From Octopus vulgaris (Eukaryota), in contig OX597843.1 of assembly GCA_951406725.2 (NCBI GenBank), positions 14,260,001-14,324,000 of the forward strand: a stretch of 64,000 bases of DNA, in the 5' to 3' direction. This document shows, piece after piece, positions 26,361-38,797 of this stretch. Numbering within the stretch: the first letter of the stretch is position 1; every line of letters starts with the position of its first letter. The translations under genes were made by a program, and so were the position numbers. The notes below the pieces were generated by a model. That model worked only from the letters and a program-made list of their open reading frames with translations, was not told the origin of the DNA and made no database searches.

Positions 26361-26560
26361 TCTTATATAAAATCCGTTCTGTCTGTGTGTGTGTGTCTTC
26401 TAGTATCTCAGGCATCCTCCATCAGATAGCGCTCAAATTTGATATGTAGGTACCGACGGTATCAGGGCGTGTATAAGTCTTGAAAAAATTACAAAAATCG
26501 ATTCCAGATGAGAATGCGATCGATAAAGCTGCGGGAACGTGCATTTGTAAAATCGTCTTT
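26361..26560 (+). mobile_element. 5' fragment of a Helitron-like element
   Basis: A|TCTTATATAAAA followed by a (GTCT/GT)n tract, the same layout as 49240; no 3' end seen. Confidence 0.4.
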
Positions 26561-26741
26561 CTTGGAATAGAAAAAAAGTCTATCTTTATTTCTTTTTTTG
26601 CTGGTGTCTCAAATTTAAGTTAAATCAGTGTTTCTCAAAGGGGTGGCCTATGGGACGGTTGGACAAGTTGTTTTGAGAAAATTTGGTCTAAATGTTTGAC
26701 AACTCAGCACCGTCCATTGGACGTGGGGGGGGGCTTTTGCT

Positions 26742-26775
<34 letters not shown>

Positions 26776-28145
26776 AATTAATAAATAAAACATATGCATA
26801 TATACATACATATATGTACGTACCTACCTCTACATGTATATATATACATGTATATATGGGTAGAGGACACCAAAAAAACGTCAAACACAATGAGAAATGA
26901 AAACATAAACACAAAACCAAGGAAATGGACATTTTTCTTAAACAACGAAAAAATAGAGAACAGGACAAATAACACAAGGAAAATTCCCCTTCTTCAGTCG
27001 CCATGGTTTCATCGAAGGCGATACGCATCTTCGATTGAAACTTTCCTTCCCGCGAAAAGCAAATTAAATAAAATTTGAGATCTTTTTGCGGAGGGATAAA
27101 AATGGTAACAGAAACAGGACAGTAATGAAAGTACAAAATATAAACAGTAAAAGACAGGACAAGGAGAATATATATATATGTATATATAAAATTGCTCCAT
27201 CTTCACAGATGATTACTCTCCCCTTGCACATCCTCCTCGTCAATATCATTTCTGACTTTCCATCCATGACCTCTCGAGTGACTTTTCAGTCCCACTGCAT
27301 GATTTGGAGCATAGGCGACCAACAAAAGTTGTAACTTATTCTACACCTCCAAATGGTTAGGTTTGACACAAAGCCACAGGACTTTCAGTCGATGGAATGG
27401 CAAATAACAGGTGAGGTCACCATAAAGAAACGTCTTATGTTGTTGGATTATAGTGATAGACCCTTGTAGAACACGAGTACCACTCTCTAAGTCTCCATGG
27501 GGTTTACATCAGCATCTCCCTTTCCAAGAAGGATACTGTGACAACAGCTAGGGGTCCATCGCTGCTTGTGCTTTTACTCTGTTCCCTGACACCAACCAGA
27601 GGTATTTCTGCGTCCCTGTGCTCAGATGGGGTGTCATCACATATGCTAGTAAGTCTGTAGCTGACACCCTGAGAGGTGCTGCTACTCTGGGTTAGACTGC
27701 GAACAATAGGGTTCTACATTTTTCAAAAACCCTGAAATTCCCAGATGAGACAAACCAGAGACCCACTACCGGATGCATGCCTACACACACACACACACAT
27801 GTGATGGACTTCATTCAGTTTTTTGTTTACCAGATCTACTCACCATTGTTTGGTCATCATGGGGCTAGAGTAGAAAACACTTGCCCAAAGTACCACGTAG
27901 TGGGATTGAACCAGCAACCTTGAGGTCATGAAGAAAACTTCTTTCTTTGTAATTCTTATTCAGATCCAGCTATGAGAACTGTGTCATCAGCATAGAAGTG
28001 TTCCCATTGATGGCCAGTCTGAAACCTGTCTGTTGTAGCCTAGGGTGTGGGGTGTCTACACGGAAGAGGAGGGCAGGGGCTGAGAAATAAATATTTTTTT
28101 TGTTTACTTGTGTTTATTAACGACTTGACTTTCTTTCTGTTGCAG

Positions 28146-28237
28146 ACACATCCCAGTACAACTCTCCGATCACCTATGAGTTTGGTCGGCCCCGTGCGGG
28201 GTTCGGCATCAGCAAGACTGTTGTTGACAAATATAAG
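28146..28237 (+). CDS. ZnF-BEN protein coding exon 4
   Basis: Acceptor TTTCTGTTGCAG, phase 1 gives DTSQYNSPITYEFGRPRAGFGISKTVVDKYK; donor AAG|GTAATT, phase 0. Bridges the phases of the flanking exons. Confidence 0.82.
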
Positions 28238-28309
28238 GTAATTTTAATTAATATGTAATTAAGACTTTTTTTGTTTTTGTTCTTTTGTTACAAGTTACTC
28301 CTTAGATCT

Positions 28310-28650
28310 GTGAAGGCTCATGGCTCAGTGGTTAGAGTATCGAGCTTACGATCTTGAGGTTGTGAGCTCGAATCCCGGACCGGGCTGCATGTTGTCTTCT
28401 TGAGCAAGGCACTTTATTTCACATTGCTCCAGTTCACTCAGCTGGCAAAAATGAGTTGTGACGTCACAGGTGCCAAGCTGTATCAGCCCCTTTGTCTTTC
28501 CCTTGGATAACACTGGTGGCGTGGAGAGGGGAGGACGGTATGCATGGGCGACTGCTGGCCTTCCATAAAACAACCTTGCCCAGACTTGTGCCTGAGTGGG
28601 TAACTTTCTAGGTGCAATCCCACGGTCAGTCATGACCGAAGGGGATCTCA
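28310..28650 (+). mobile_element. tRNA-derived SINE, family B (GGCTCAGTGGTTAGAG head)
   Basis: A/B boxes; other copies at 25995-26338(-) and 34850-35085(+). Confidence 0.82.
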
Positions 28651-30139
28651 ATCAATCTCAATCAACCCCTTAGATCTGGCAGATCTATTAAGAACTAAAA
28701 GGGTCCAACTGGTTGGGGGAGATTTGGCTGCTATTTACGGTGGGTCTAGCTATCATATAGAGGTCTCCCTCATGGGATGATATAAACATAAAACAGTAAG
28801 GTATGATTTGAGGGAGATTTGGCTGCTATTTCTACCAAATAAACACCTATATCAATTCTTTGCAGCACTGTCTCTGTCCAACAATATAACCTTAACTGGC
28901 CCTTGTCACCCTCTCTCTCTATTCTTAAGGGACAAGACACCCCTATTTTAGTCCACTTGATCTGTTGTTATCACCCCGCCTTTTATTCAGACATGGTGTA
29001 TCTAGGACTACATTATCTAATGTGCTTTCCTTGTTGCTTAGCCCCAGGTCAGTCCTCATCCAACAGACCTATGATCAAAGACATTCCATTTGTGACCATC
29101 CTGTCTTTTATTGAGCCATAATGTCTCTAGGATTACATTATCAAAGAATTCATTTTTTTAAAAAAAAACATTGAGAGTGATTTAAGGAATACTTGTCAGC
29201 TATTTTCAGGAGCCATGTAACGGCTTCCTTTCTGATCAACAGGGGTCCAGTGAAAATGGTCAGTAATTTTGAATGGTCCTTGTTGGTGTTTATGCTGAGA
29301 TGGCCATTGTTGGACAAACATGTATGTGGGTATAATTTTATGAGAAGACACACAGCATCCATTCACAAACACAGGAAAATTGTTTACTTCACATAGACAT
29401 CAGTTTGGTTCAGTGACCAGGTTACCGGATGTGTGAGGAAATTTTGACAGCAGCTCATAAATGTTTGACCCTTTGGCATTCAGGTTATTCTGTCAAATGT
29501 AATTCTTATTCATACTTGGGAAATTTTCAAAAGGATTTTCAGAGTGAATTATTATTTTTATTTTTATTATTGATTGAGAGAGCAGTGCATGCATCCAAGT
29601 GACACTGGGGTACCAATATACGAAGCCCAGTATACCCATCATGACTACCCATCTGGTATGGGTACACCAGGCACATGCATCACAACTACATGTGCGTGAC
29701 ATGGTGATCTCATATCAAGATAAACAGCGCATGATCTTGCAGGTGGGGCCCAGTTAGAATTTTATTCTTGTCGAGTAACCCATCCTGCTCAAAAGGTCCC
29801 TGAATAAGGGTTGTTTAAGGATGTTGAACGAACCACCCATGTTTCCAGAGGTAAATTATCCAAACCCCAAAGAATTCCTCTCAACACATGGCTATGATGC
29901 TCCCCCACTACTTTTACTCGTGATCAGAGATGCACATATTGTCAGCCACTAAGGGACATACTCAACTGGTTAAGGTCAAACAACTGACAAGCAAATCTGT
30001 GGTATTGAGCAGAATATTTGCTGTAAAACCCATCTTTTATACCAAGACAAAACAATGTACATGATAACACTTCCCATCAGTTAAGATCAGAAGCCATGAG
30101 ATCCACTGCCTGGTACTGCATCAGGGCATTACTATTATT

Positions 30140-30640
30140 ATATGTCTGACCTTTGCTTTGTATTTGTACAAGTTGGCTCCAAGTCTCACCCAGAGACCTC
30201 AAGAGACAACAAGTTAGAAGTTCATGCTGGTGTTATGCCTAGGGTGTCATATATTTGGTTTTGTACATAGTATTGTTCTAGAGAATGTTTAAGAAAGCAT
30301 AAGAAAATTATAAGTTTGTTTTAAAATTTGAGATTACATAGACAGTATTTTACGTAGGATATGGGCAGTTCCCATGAGTTCCACTGACAACAGGTATTGT
30401 TTTAGTCTTGAGGTTCCACATTTTACCAATTTCTGTTTCAAGATCTTTATACTTGCTCAGTTTTTGGTAGGTTCCAATTCTAATCTTCTTCAGTCTTTGA
30501 GACAGCATTTTTATCTGCTGTGCCAAGTGCACCAATTACCAAAGAAATAATTATTGACTTGATCTTCCAGTCTCCTCACTTCTTTGGCTAAATTCTGATA
30601 TTTCTCCATTTTATCAATTTCCTTGACATCAACTTTGCTA
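30140..30640 (-). mobile_element. R4/Dong-like LINE relics (restriction-like endonuclease region)
   Basis: KLSKYKDLETEIGKMWNLKTKTIPVV and KEIDKMEKYQNLAKEVRRL fragments next to (TAA)n tracts. Confidence 0.6.
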
Positions 30641-30711
30641 TTATTATTATTATTATTCTTCCTGTAACATATGATGTGTGTAGCACTTACCTCTTCTCTC
30701 CTCTCTGGCAG

Positions 30712-30907
30712 ATGATAGACATCGGTCAAGGTTTGTACGTCCACCCAGATGACCTGGCCGTTGTCCTGAGCAAAGCTGATGGACAGAAAATGGTTCGTAA
30801 GCTGATGAATATTGTATTCAAGAAGGAAGACCTTGAACAAGGGGCTACGCTGTCTCCGACTGGCAAAGGGAAGCTTCTAGATCAAAGAATTGTGGATGTC
30901 ATGTTGG
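30712..30907 (+). CDS. ZnF-BEN protein coding exon 5 (BEN domain, N-terminal part)
   Basis: Acceptor CTCTCTGGCAG; MIDIGQGLYVHPDDL...KMVRKLMNIVFKKEDLEQGATLSPTGKGKLLDQRIVDVML fits the BEN pattern (R.Lh..hF..E.L...s..G....LD...h..h); donor TGG|GTGAGT, phase 1. Confidence 0.88.
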
Positions 30908-31014
30908 GTGAGTATATAAACAAGGCAGTGATTGTGGTGTGTGGGTATATATGGATGTGCACGCATATATATATGTCACTCTTTCTGGCCAGGTAACCTT
31001 GTATTTATATGTAT

Positions 31015-31675
31015 ATCATCATCGTTTAACATCCGTTCTCCATGCTAGCATAGGTTGGACGGTTCGACCGGGGTCTGGGAAGCCAGGAGGCTGCACCAGT
31101 CTCCAGTCTGATCTGGCAGTGTTTCTACAGCTGGAAGCCCTTCCTAATGCCAACCACTCCGTGAGTGTAGTGGGTGCTTTTTACGTGCCACCTGCACAGG
31201 TGCCAGGGGGGTCTGGCATCGGCCAAGATCGGTTGGTGCTTTTAACGTACCACCGGCACGGAAGCCAGCCAAGGCGGCGCTGGCATCGGCCACGTTCGGA
31301 TGATGCTTTTTATGTGCCACCGGCACAGGTATCACAACTACTATTTCCATTGATATTTGTTTCGATGTTCATGTATATGCACTTGACTCAACAGGTCTCC
31401 TCAAGCACAGCGAGATGTTCTGGGATCCAAGGTACTTTGAATGGGCAGGGGCTATGCGGAACTGGTGCCGGAAGCATCCCGGGTCTTTGCAGTCACAGCA
31501 CATCTCCAGAGATCTCGGTCCTTCGCCATTGCCTCAGTGAGGCCCAATGCTCATCCCATGTCTTCCTGGGTCTACCTCTCCCCCTGATTCCTTCAACTGT
31601 TTGGGAGCGGCACTTCTTCACACATCTCTCCTCATCCATCCGCAGTACATGACCATACCATCGCAAGTGTCGCTC
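31015..31675 (-). mobile_element. RTE-like LINE 3' fragment
   Basis: RT C-terminal relic plus the family 3' UTR and (GAT)n tail. Confidence 0.8.
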
Positions 31676-31681
31676 TTATAT

Positions 31682-31852
31682 AAGGCAGTGAGCTGGCAGA
31701 AACGTTAGCACGCCGGGCGAAATGCTTAGCGGTATTTTGTTTGCTGTTACGTTCTGAGTTCAAATTCCGCCGAGGTCGACTTTGCCTTTCATCCTTTCGG
31801 GGTCGATTAAATAAGTACCAGTTACGCACTGGGGTCGATATAATCGACTTAG
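31682..31852 (+). mobile_element. SINE family D (GAGCTGGCAGAA head, GCCTTTCATCCTTTCGGGGTCGAT Nin-like core)
   Basis: A/B boxes and a conserved core; clusters at 24190-24860, 39478-40330 and 42070-42840. Confidence 0.78.
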
Positions 31853-34549
31853 TCCCTTTGTGGGCAATAAAGAAATATATATGTGTGTGTGTATCTCTTC
31901 CTCACATTTCCTTTCTTGTGTTCTATGCTTATCTCACACTCCTCAGTCCTATCCTGTACTCCCCCAGCCCCTCTATGCACCCACGTTTTCACCAGTTACT
32001 GCACTACTCTTGGCCCTTATGCTTTTTTGCCAACACCCTGCCACTTATATTATGATCTCCGTTCCTCAAGGGTACACCCTGCCACTTTCCACCATCCATC
32101 TCTTCTTTTGCTCAACCGTGCCCTTCATATCCTAATACCCATTCCTTGTGAGTATGCCCCAGCACTTCACCACCATCTCTCTCCTCCCTCAGCCTGGATA
32201 GCCGTCCGTCTCCTCTACAGCAACACACCTGTTTTTGTCCTCATTCTTGATCACTCTCTCTGGCCAGGTAACCTTGTACCTCCTCACTTTAACCTTTCAT
32301 CATCTGACCCAAGGTCGCCTATAACCACCCCACTCTCAAAAGATTCTTTGTCATGCAGGTTACTTGGTGACCCTGTCAGTGCTGGTGCCATGTGAAAAGC
32401 ACTCAGTCCACACTGTAAAGTGGTTGGCATTTGGAAGGGCATCCAGCTCTAAAAACCATGCCAAAACTGATCTCTCCTGTGCTTGAGCCATCTACCAAAT
32501 CTACTCACAAGAGACTATAGTAGGGACTGAACCTGGAACCATGTGATTGGGAAGCAAACTTCTTACCACTCAGCCACACCTTTGCCTTTATGATGTTTGT
32601 GCCTGTCAATGTGTTTCTCCCCAACCACTACTTAACCACTGTTGGTTTGTTTCTGTTCCTATAACTTTTCAGTTTAGCAAGAGATCAATAGAATAAAATA
32701 CCATACTTTAAAAATACCATCCATAAAAAAAAAAATCCTTAAGTATTGGAGTGGATTTGTTTGATTAAACCATTCAAGGTGGTGCTCCAGCATGGCCTCA
32801 GTGCAATGACTGAAACCAGTAAAAGTTGCATGTATGTTTTGTAAAGAATGTAGATAAACCTCATTGCCATTTGTGAGTTTTTCCCAGCTTTTCTCTCAAG
32901 CCATTTTCATCATGATTGTTTTAATGTCTAATTTTACCTATATATATGTATGTATGTGCATATATATATGTATGTATGTATGGTGCGGCCTCCTGGCTTG
33001 CTAGTCCCTAGTCAAACTGTCCAACCCATGCCAGCATGGAAAACGGACGTTAATTAGCGCCATATAACGAGCTGTTCTCTTGTTCACCAGCAGAAGTCTT
33101 GTGTTGATTAAGCCATAAGTTCTCCAGCTTCCTGGCCCCTCTTGTCCAATCATTTCTTGATATTATCTCGACACTGCCCTCTCCCCTTCCCAGGCTTCTA
33201 GACATGTCATTGTACGTCTCCAGCACATTGAGGAGACCACACCAAAAGTGCCCCACCGGCCAACACACACCTTCTCCACTCTTGTCCAACCAGCTCGACA
33301 TTCTCCATTCATTCCGTCCTTTGCCTCTTCATCTATTTTAGCTCCTACGCTTCCTTCCATGACAATGTCTTCCAAACCTCTTCTTCTTCAAATGTGGCCA
33401 TAATAGATAAGCTTTTATTTCTTCAGAATGTTCGCTTGTCGTCGTCCGCATGTTACAACGACCATCCACTTATCTGATAACCCTTGGAAGGGACTCGTAA
33501 CATTCTCCTATAAACCCACATTTCAAATGCATTGATCATGTTCCCTTCAAATTTCTTTGGACCCCATGCTTCACAACCATAAATGTCTGTTGGTCAAACA
33601 AGTGTTTGTATCAGCCCTGTTTTTTGGGGATGGTTTTGCTTTTCTGGAGATCTGGAAAATACTTTTCAAATGGGGTGAAATACTGCAGAACAAACCTTTA
33701 AGAAAGCTGACCCTTTTAAAGCAAGATGACAAAGGAGTGAGCTACCTAGCATCAGGCTGTACTCAAGAAGTTCCCTAGCCTGTAGCAGAAGTGTTCAGAC
33801 CTCGATCCTGCTGGTGGTGTAAAGCACTCATGGTGGGGGCCATGTAAAAGCATCCAGCACACTCTGTAAAGTGGTTGGCATTAAGAAGGACATCCAACCG
33901 GAGAAGCCATGCCAAACCAGACTGGACTCTTGGTACCTTGGGCAAGTTTCTTCTACTATAGCCTTGGGCTAACCAAAGCCTTGTGAGTGGATTTGGTAGA
34001 CGGAAACTGAAAGAAGCCTGTCGTATATATGTATGTGTGTGTGTGTGTGTGTCCCCCTAGCATTGCTTGACAACCGATGCTGGTGTGTTTACATCCCTGT
34101 TACTTAGCAGTTCGGCAAAAGAGACCAATAGAATAAGTACTGGGCTTACAAAAGAATAAGTCCCGGGGTTGAGTTGCTCGACTAAAGGCGGTGCTCCAGC
34201 ATGGCCGCAGTCAAATGACTGAAACAAGTAAAAGAGAATGAGGTGGTACTGAAAAGCTCCTGGCTTTGGATAAAAGAAAATACAGAAGGTTCAGTTAATT
34301 AGGATTTTATTCAGCATATTCCCCTCTTAAATTCACACACTCATTGCAGGGGGTCCTTCAGTTTTTCTAAGCCCTGTAAAAGAACTCATGAGGTTGGACC
34401 TTCAACCAGGAATTTTTCAGCATCCCCTCATATATATATATATGTGTGTGTGTATGTATGTACTACTTTCTCTTTTTACATATGTGTATATTTGTGTGTG
34501 TGTGCATGTGTATATACACTCTTTGATTCATATTTCGGCTTTTTTGCAG

Positions 34550-34668
34550 CCTGGGTTCTGATGAACCAGTCGACCATGTGGAGTAGAGGAAGTCTGCGAC
34601 AGGCAATCAATCGGAAACTCACAAGTTACCGATGTCGGAGTTTAAAGAAGAAACATGAAGCCAACTAA
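34550..34668 (+). CDS. ZnF-BEN protein last coding exon (BEN C-terminal helix, stop)
   Basis: Acceptor TTTTTGCAG, phase 1 gives AWVLMNQSTMWSRGSLRQAINRKLTSYRCRSLKKKHEAN*, matching the BEN terminal helix (I..K....R). Exon lengths sum to 2850 nt = 949 aa plus stop. Confidence 0.88.
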
Positions 34669-35484
34669 CAAATTTCACTGGTAACACCCTGCCACCCCCA
34701 ATAGCTTTTTTTTTTTTTGTAAAAAGAACAAAACTTACCACATTTACACACAAACAGCTTAAAATATTTTATTTTTAAATCGGGTCTTTTGTGTTCTTTT
34801 CTTGTTTCCTTTTGATCCTGTTATTTTCTATTAATTCTATACCCAGGTATGTGAAAGCATCTGGCTCAGTGGTTTAGAGCATCCGGCTTACAGTTGCGAT
34901 TTCCATCCCTGGATTGACCTGTGTTGTGTTCTTGAGCAAGGCACTTTATTTCACGTTGCTCCAGTTCACTCAGCAGAAGAAATGAGTTGTGATGTCACTG
35001 GTGCCAAGCTGTATCGGTCCCTTTGCCTTGGATGACATCAGTGGTGTGGAGAAGGGCGGCTGATCTTCCACAAAACAACCTCCCCGGTTGGTCAAAATAA
35101 TCATCACTGGCAGATTGGATGATGTCATCACAGAGACTGGTTCCCAGCCAAGTGTTTCTTCATGTTGGGGAACACAATTGTGAGGAGAATGAGGAGGAGG
35201 CTGATCAACCAAAAACTTGTGTGCTGGGACATTGTCCTACTGAAACAAAACCCCTTTCATCAGTTTTCTTGGGCATTTGGTCTTGATAGCCTTTTGTAAC
35301 AGCCTCAGCACATTGGCATTTGATGGTTTGGCCCATTTGAAGGTAGTCAATAAGCACAATGTCCTTTGTATCACCTTTCCTACAGATGAAGAGTGTCTCT
35401 GGCTCAAAGTGATGAACCCAACACTCATCCTGGCTTAGGAGACCAGCTGGATCTGCCTCAAAACAAGTGTCAGATTTTCTGTGA

Positions 35485-35718
35485 TGTACATATATATATA
35501 TATGTATGTATGTATGTATATAGGTATGTATATATGTGTATATATATATGGATGTATATATATATATATATGTGTATATATGTATATATATATATATGTG
35601 TGTATATATATGTATGTATGTATATATGTATGTATGTATATATGCATATGTCTGTATGTATATATGTATGTATGTATGTATGTGTATGTATGTATATATA
35701 TGTATGTGTATATATATG

Positions 35719-35751
<33 letters not shown>

Positions 35752-35910
35752 ATGTATGTACATATGTATGTATGTATATATATATGTATGTATGTATATA
35801 TATATGTATGTGTATATATATGTATGTATGTGTATATATATGTATGTATGTGTATATATATGTATATGTATATATATATGTATATATGTATGTATATATA
35901 TATATGTATG
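35485..35910. repeat. Compound (TA)/(TATG) microsatellite
   Basis: Direct inspection. Confidence 0.95.
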
Positions 35911-37087
35911 GATGGTGTGGCCTCCTGGCTTGCTAGTCCCTAGTCAAACTGTCCAACCCATGCCAGCATGGAAAACAGACGTTAAATGTTGATGAAGGAA
36001 GGAGTCATGCAAAAACTTGGTTCGGGAGAAGAAACCTTGAAGATGAGATTCCTGGAAACAAGGGAATACAGATTAACCTCCGACCTGGGAAGCATGTTAG
36101 CAACAACAACAACAACAACAACAACAGAGCCCAGAAATGAAATGGAATTTTAATATTCAAATATAAATACATACATACATAATTTATATACACTAAAGCA
36201 TACATACAGTAGGAGTGAAATTAGGTAGACGGAAACTGTGAAGAAGCCCGTCAAGAACTGTACATGGAATTCAAACACAGTATTATGTTATAATACGAGT
36301 ACGATGTCTGTGGTATACTCATCCACTTTTATTATGATTTAACAAAAAGTTCCTTATATATACATATAAAGGACTGTAACTGGAGTTGAAAGGTCTGATC
36401 TGGACCCAGCACTGTCAAGCTGACTGAAGAATAGAAGTACAAATATCTGGTCCTGGTAAAAAGTGACAAAGATCCTTCATACATACATATATATATATAT
36501 ATTCAAACAAACACACATAGGTGTATATATTTGAAGGGCTGGTTATGAACACGAAACCAATCAGAAATAAAGGCCTCAAGATGGTGTCATGTGCCAGGAA
36601 TAAATATTGTCAAAATGATTCATGACAAATGGCCAGATGTTTCACTGCTCCACTTATTTGCAAACTCACAGAAGCAATGCATTTGGCTGCCTGTTATAAA
36701 TTATATATGATAGATAAGATAGGATCCTCTCTCTCTCTCTCTCGTCCATCTCAAGATGTTCAGATAAAACAAAGCAAAATTTTAAAATTCAATCGCAAAA
36801 AGCAACAACAAATAACACAAACAACTGGTTGCCTGTTGAGAATGTTGAAGATGTTCGTTTTACATTTCAATTAAAGAATTTAAATCTGAGACTAAGTATT
36901 TATAACTAGTCTCGAACTATGGAGCAAAACTGTTTGGGGAAAAGCAACAGAAATATATATATAGTTAACGATTCCATTAAAGTTAAGATCAACAAAAAAA
37001 GACAAACTCCATCCAGTGAGACACAAATACCAGTTAATGCACAGAGTAGAAAATACAAGCTGCTAATAACTGCTTGCATTGGAAACA

Positions 37088-37406
37088 CAGGTTTGTATAA
37101 CACACGTCTCCAAGCAATCTCAGGCTCTGAACACATGATTTGTTCTATTTGTATAACACACGTCTCCAAGCAATCTCAGGCTCTGAACACATGATTTGTT
37201 CTATTTGTATAACACACGTCTCCAAGCAATCTTCAGGCTCTGAGCACATGATTTGTTCTATTTGTATAACACACGTCTCCAAGCAATCTACAGGCTCTGA
37301 GCACATGATTTATTCTATTTGAAACCAGCACACTGATTTGAATAAAAGAGACCATGTGCTCAGAGCCCGAAGATTGCTTTGAGACAAGATGTGTTATAAA
37401 AACCTG
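37088..37406. repeat. TIR element whose left arm is amplified as four 56-57-bp tandem copies
   Basis: TTTGTATAACACACGTCTCCAAGCAATCTCAGGCTCTGAACACATGATTTGTTCTA x4, then one inverted copy at 37352-37406. Confidence 0.75.
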
Positions 37407-37944
37407 CCTCGACCCATGCCTCCCAGCAAGAAACTATTAGTAACCCATCTCTTTATACAATGCACACCACACTGAATAATATACATCATTATATATATAT
37501 ATATATGAATGAAATGGTTATGGTTGTGTATATAAGAGAATATTTGGAATAAAAGGAAGGAAGGTTAGAATCATTATTTCGTTAATTATTTATACAGGTA
37601 CAGGATGTCTTGAAATTTTCCAAGGAAATAAAATGGAACAGAATATTTACATTATTACATCAAAGAATTTTCCCCGTAGCTCTAAGGTTTCTCCCTCAGT
37701 TCTACAAGCGCTCAAGCGACACAAATTTTTAAAGCTCTGACTGGGTTTGGGGTTATTAGTGCAGCAAAGAAGGACCAAAGCTGCAGAAGGGGCCCACTAG
37801 GCAGCTTTGGATAAAGGGGTTATACAAATAGTTTGCTGCTATTGGGATGCATATTGGGATCTGATGCTGAAAGACCCCCAAAAAGCTCCTGAGACCCCAG
37901 AAATATCACTGATGATGCATCTCAGAGCATCTTAAAACTCGTGA

Positions 37945-38797
37945 TCCCTGTGCTGGTAGCATGTAAAAAGCACCATCCGAACATGGCCGATGCCAGCACC
38001 GCCTTGACTGGCTTCGGTGCTGGTGGCACGTAAAAAGCACCAACCGATTGTGGTCGCTGCCAGTGCCGCCTTGACAGGCTTCTGTGCCGGTGGCACGTAA
38101 AAAGCACCATCCGAACATGGCCGATGCCAGCACCGCCTTGACTGGCTTCGGTGCTGGTGGCACGTAAAAAGCACCAACCGATAGTGGTCGCTGCCAGTGC
38201 CGCCTTGACAGGCTTCTGTGCCGGTGGCACGTAAAAAGCACCATCCGAACATGGCCGATGCCAGCACCGCCTTGACTGGCTTCGGTGCTGGTGGCACGTA
38301 AAAAACACCAACCGATTGTGGTCGCTGCCAGTGCCGCCTTGACAGGCTTCTGTGCCGGTGGCACGTAAAAAGCACCATCCGAACATGGCCGATGCCAGCA
38401 CCGCCTTGACTGGCTTCGGTGCTGGTGGCACGTAAAAAGCACCAACCGATTGTGGTCGCTGCCAGTGCCGCCTTGACAGGCTTCTGTGCCGGTGGCACGT
38501 AAAAAGCACCATCCGAACATGGCCGATGCCAGCACCGCCTTGACTGGCTTCGGTGCTGGTGGCACGTAAAAAGCACCAACTAATCATGATCGCTGCCAGC
38601 TTCCCCTGGCATGTGTGTCGGTGGCATGTAAAAAGCACCCACTACACTCACAGAATGGTTGGCGTTAGGAAGGACATCCAGCTGTAGAAACTCTGCCAGA
38701 TCAGACTGGAGCCTGGTGCAGCCTCCTGGCTTCCCAAACCCCAGTCGAACTGTCCAACCCATGCCAGCACGGAAAACGGATGTTAAACGATGATGAT
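37945..38797 (+). mobile_element. RTE-like 3' end with an expanded internal 135-bp tandem repeat (~4.5 copies)
   Basis: Near-identical dimeric units, each containing two GGTGGCACGTAAAAAGCACC subunits, then the normal tail. Confidence 0.85.

Noticed and set aside
28310-28385. tRNA genes (also at 2311, 51489)
   Set aside because: tRNA-like heads continue into multi-copy SINE bodies.
37906-38638. Three overlapping ORFs of over 200 aa; CRISPR-like periodicity
   Set aside because: Stop-free tandem repeat in a LINE 3' UTR; 'spacers' are identical, no cas genes, eukaryotic context.
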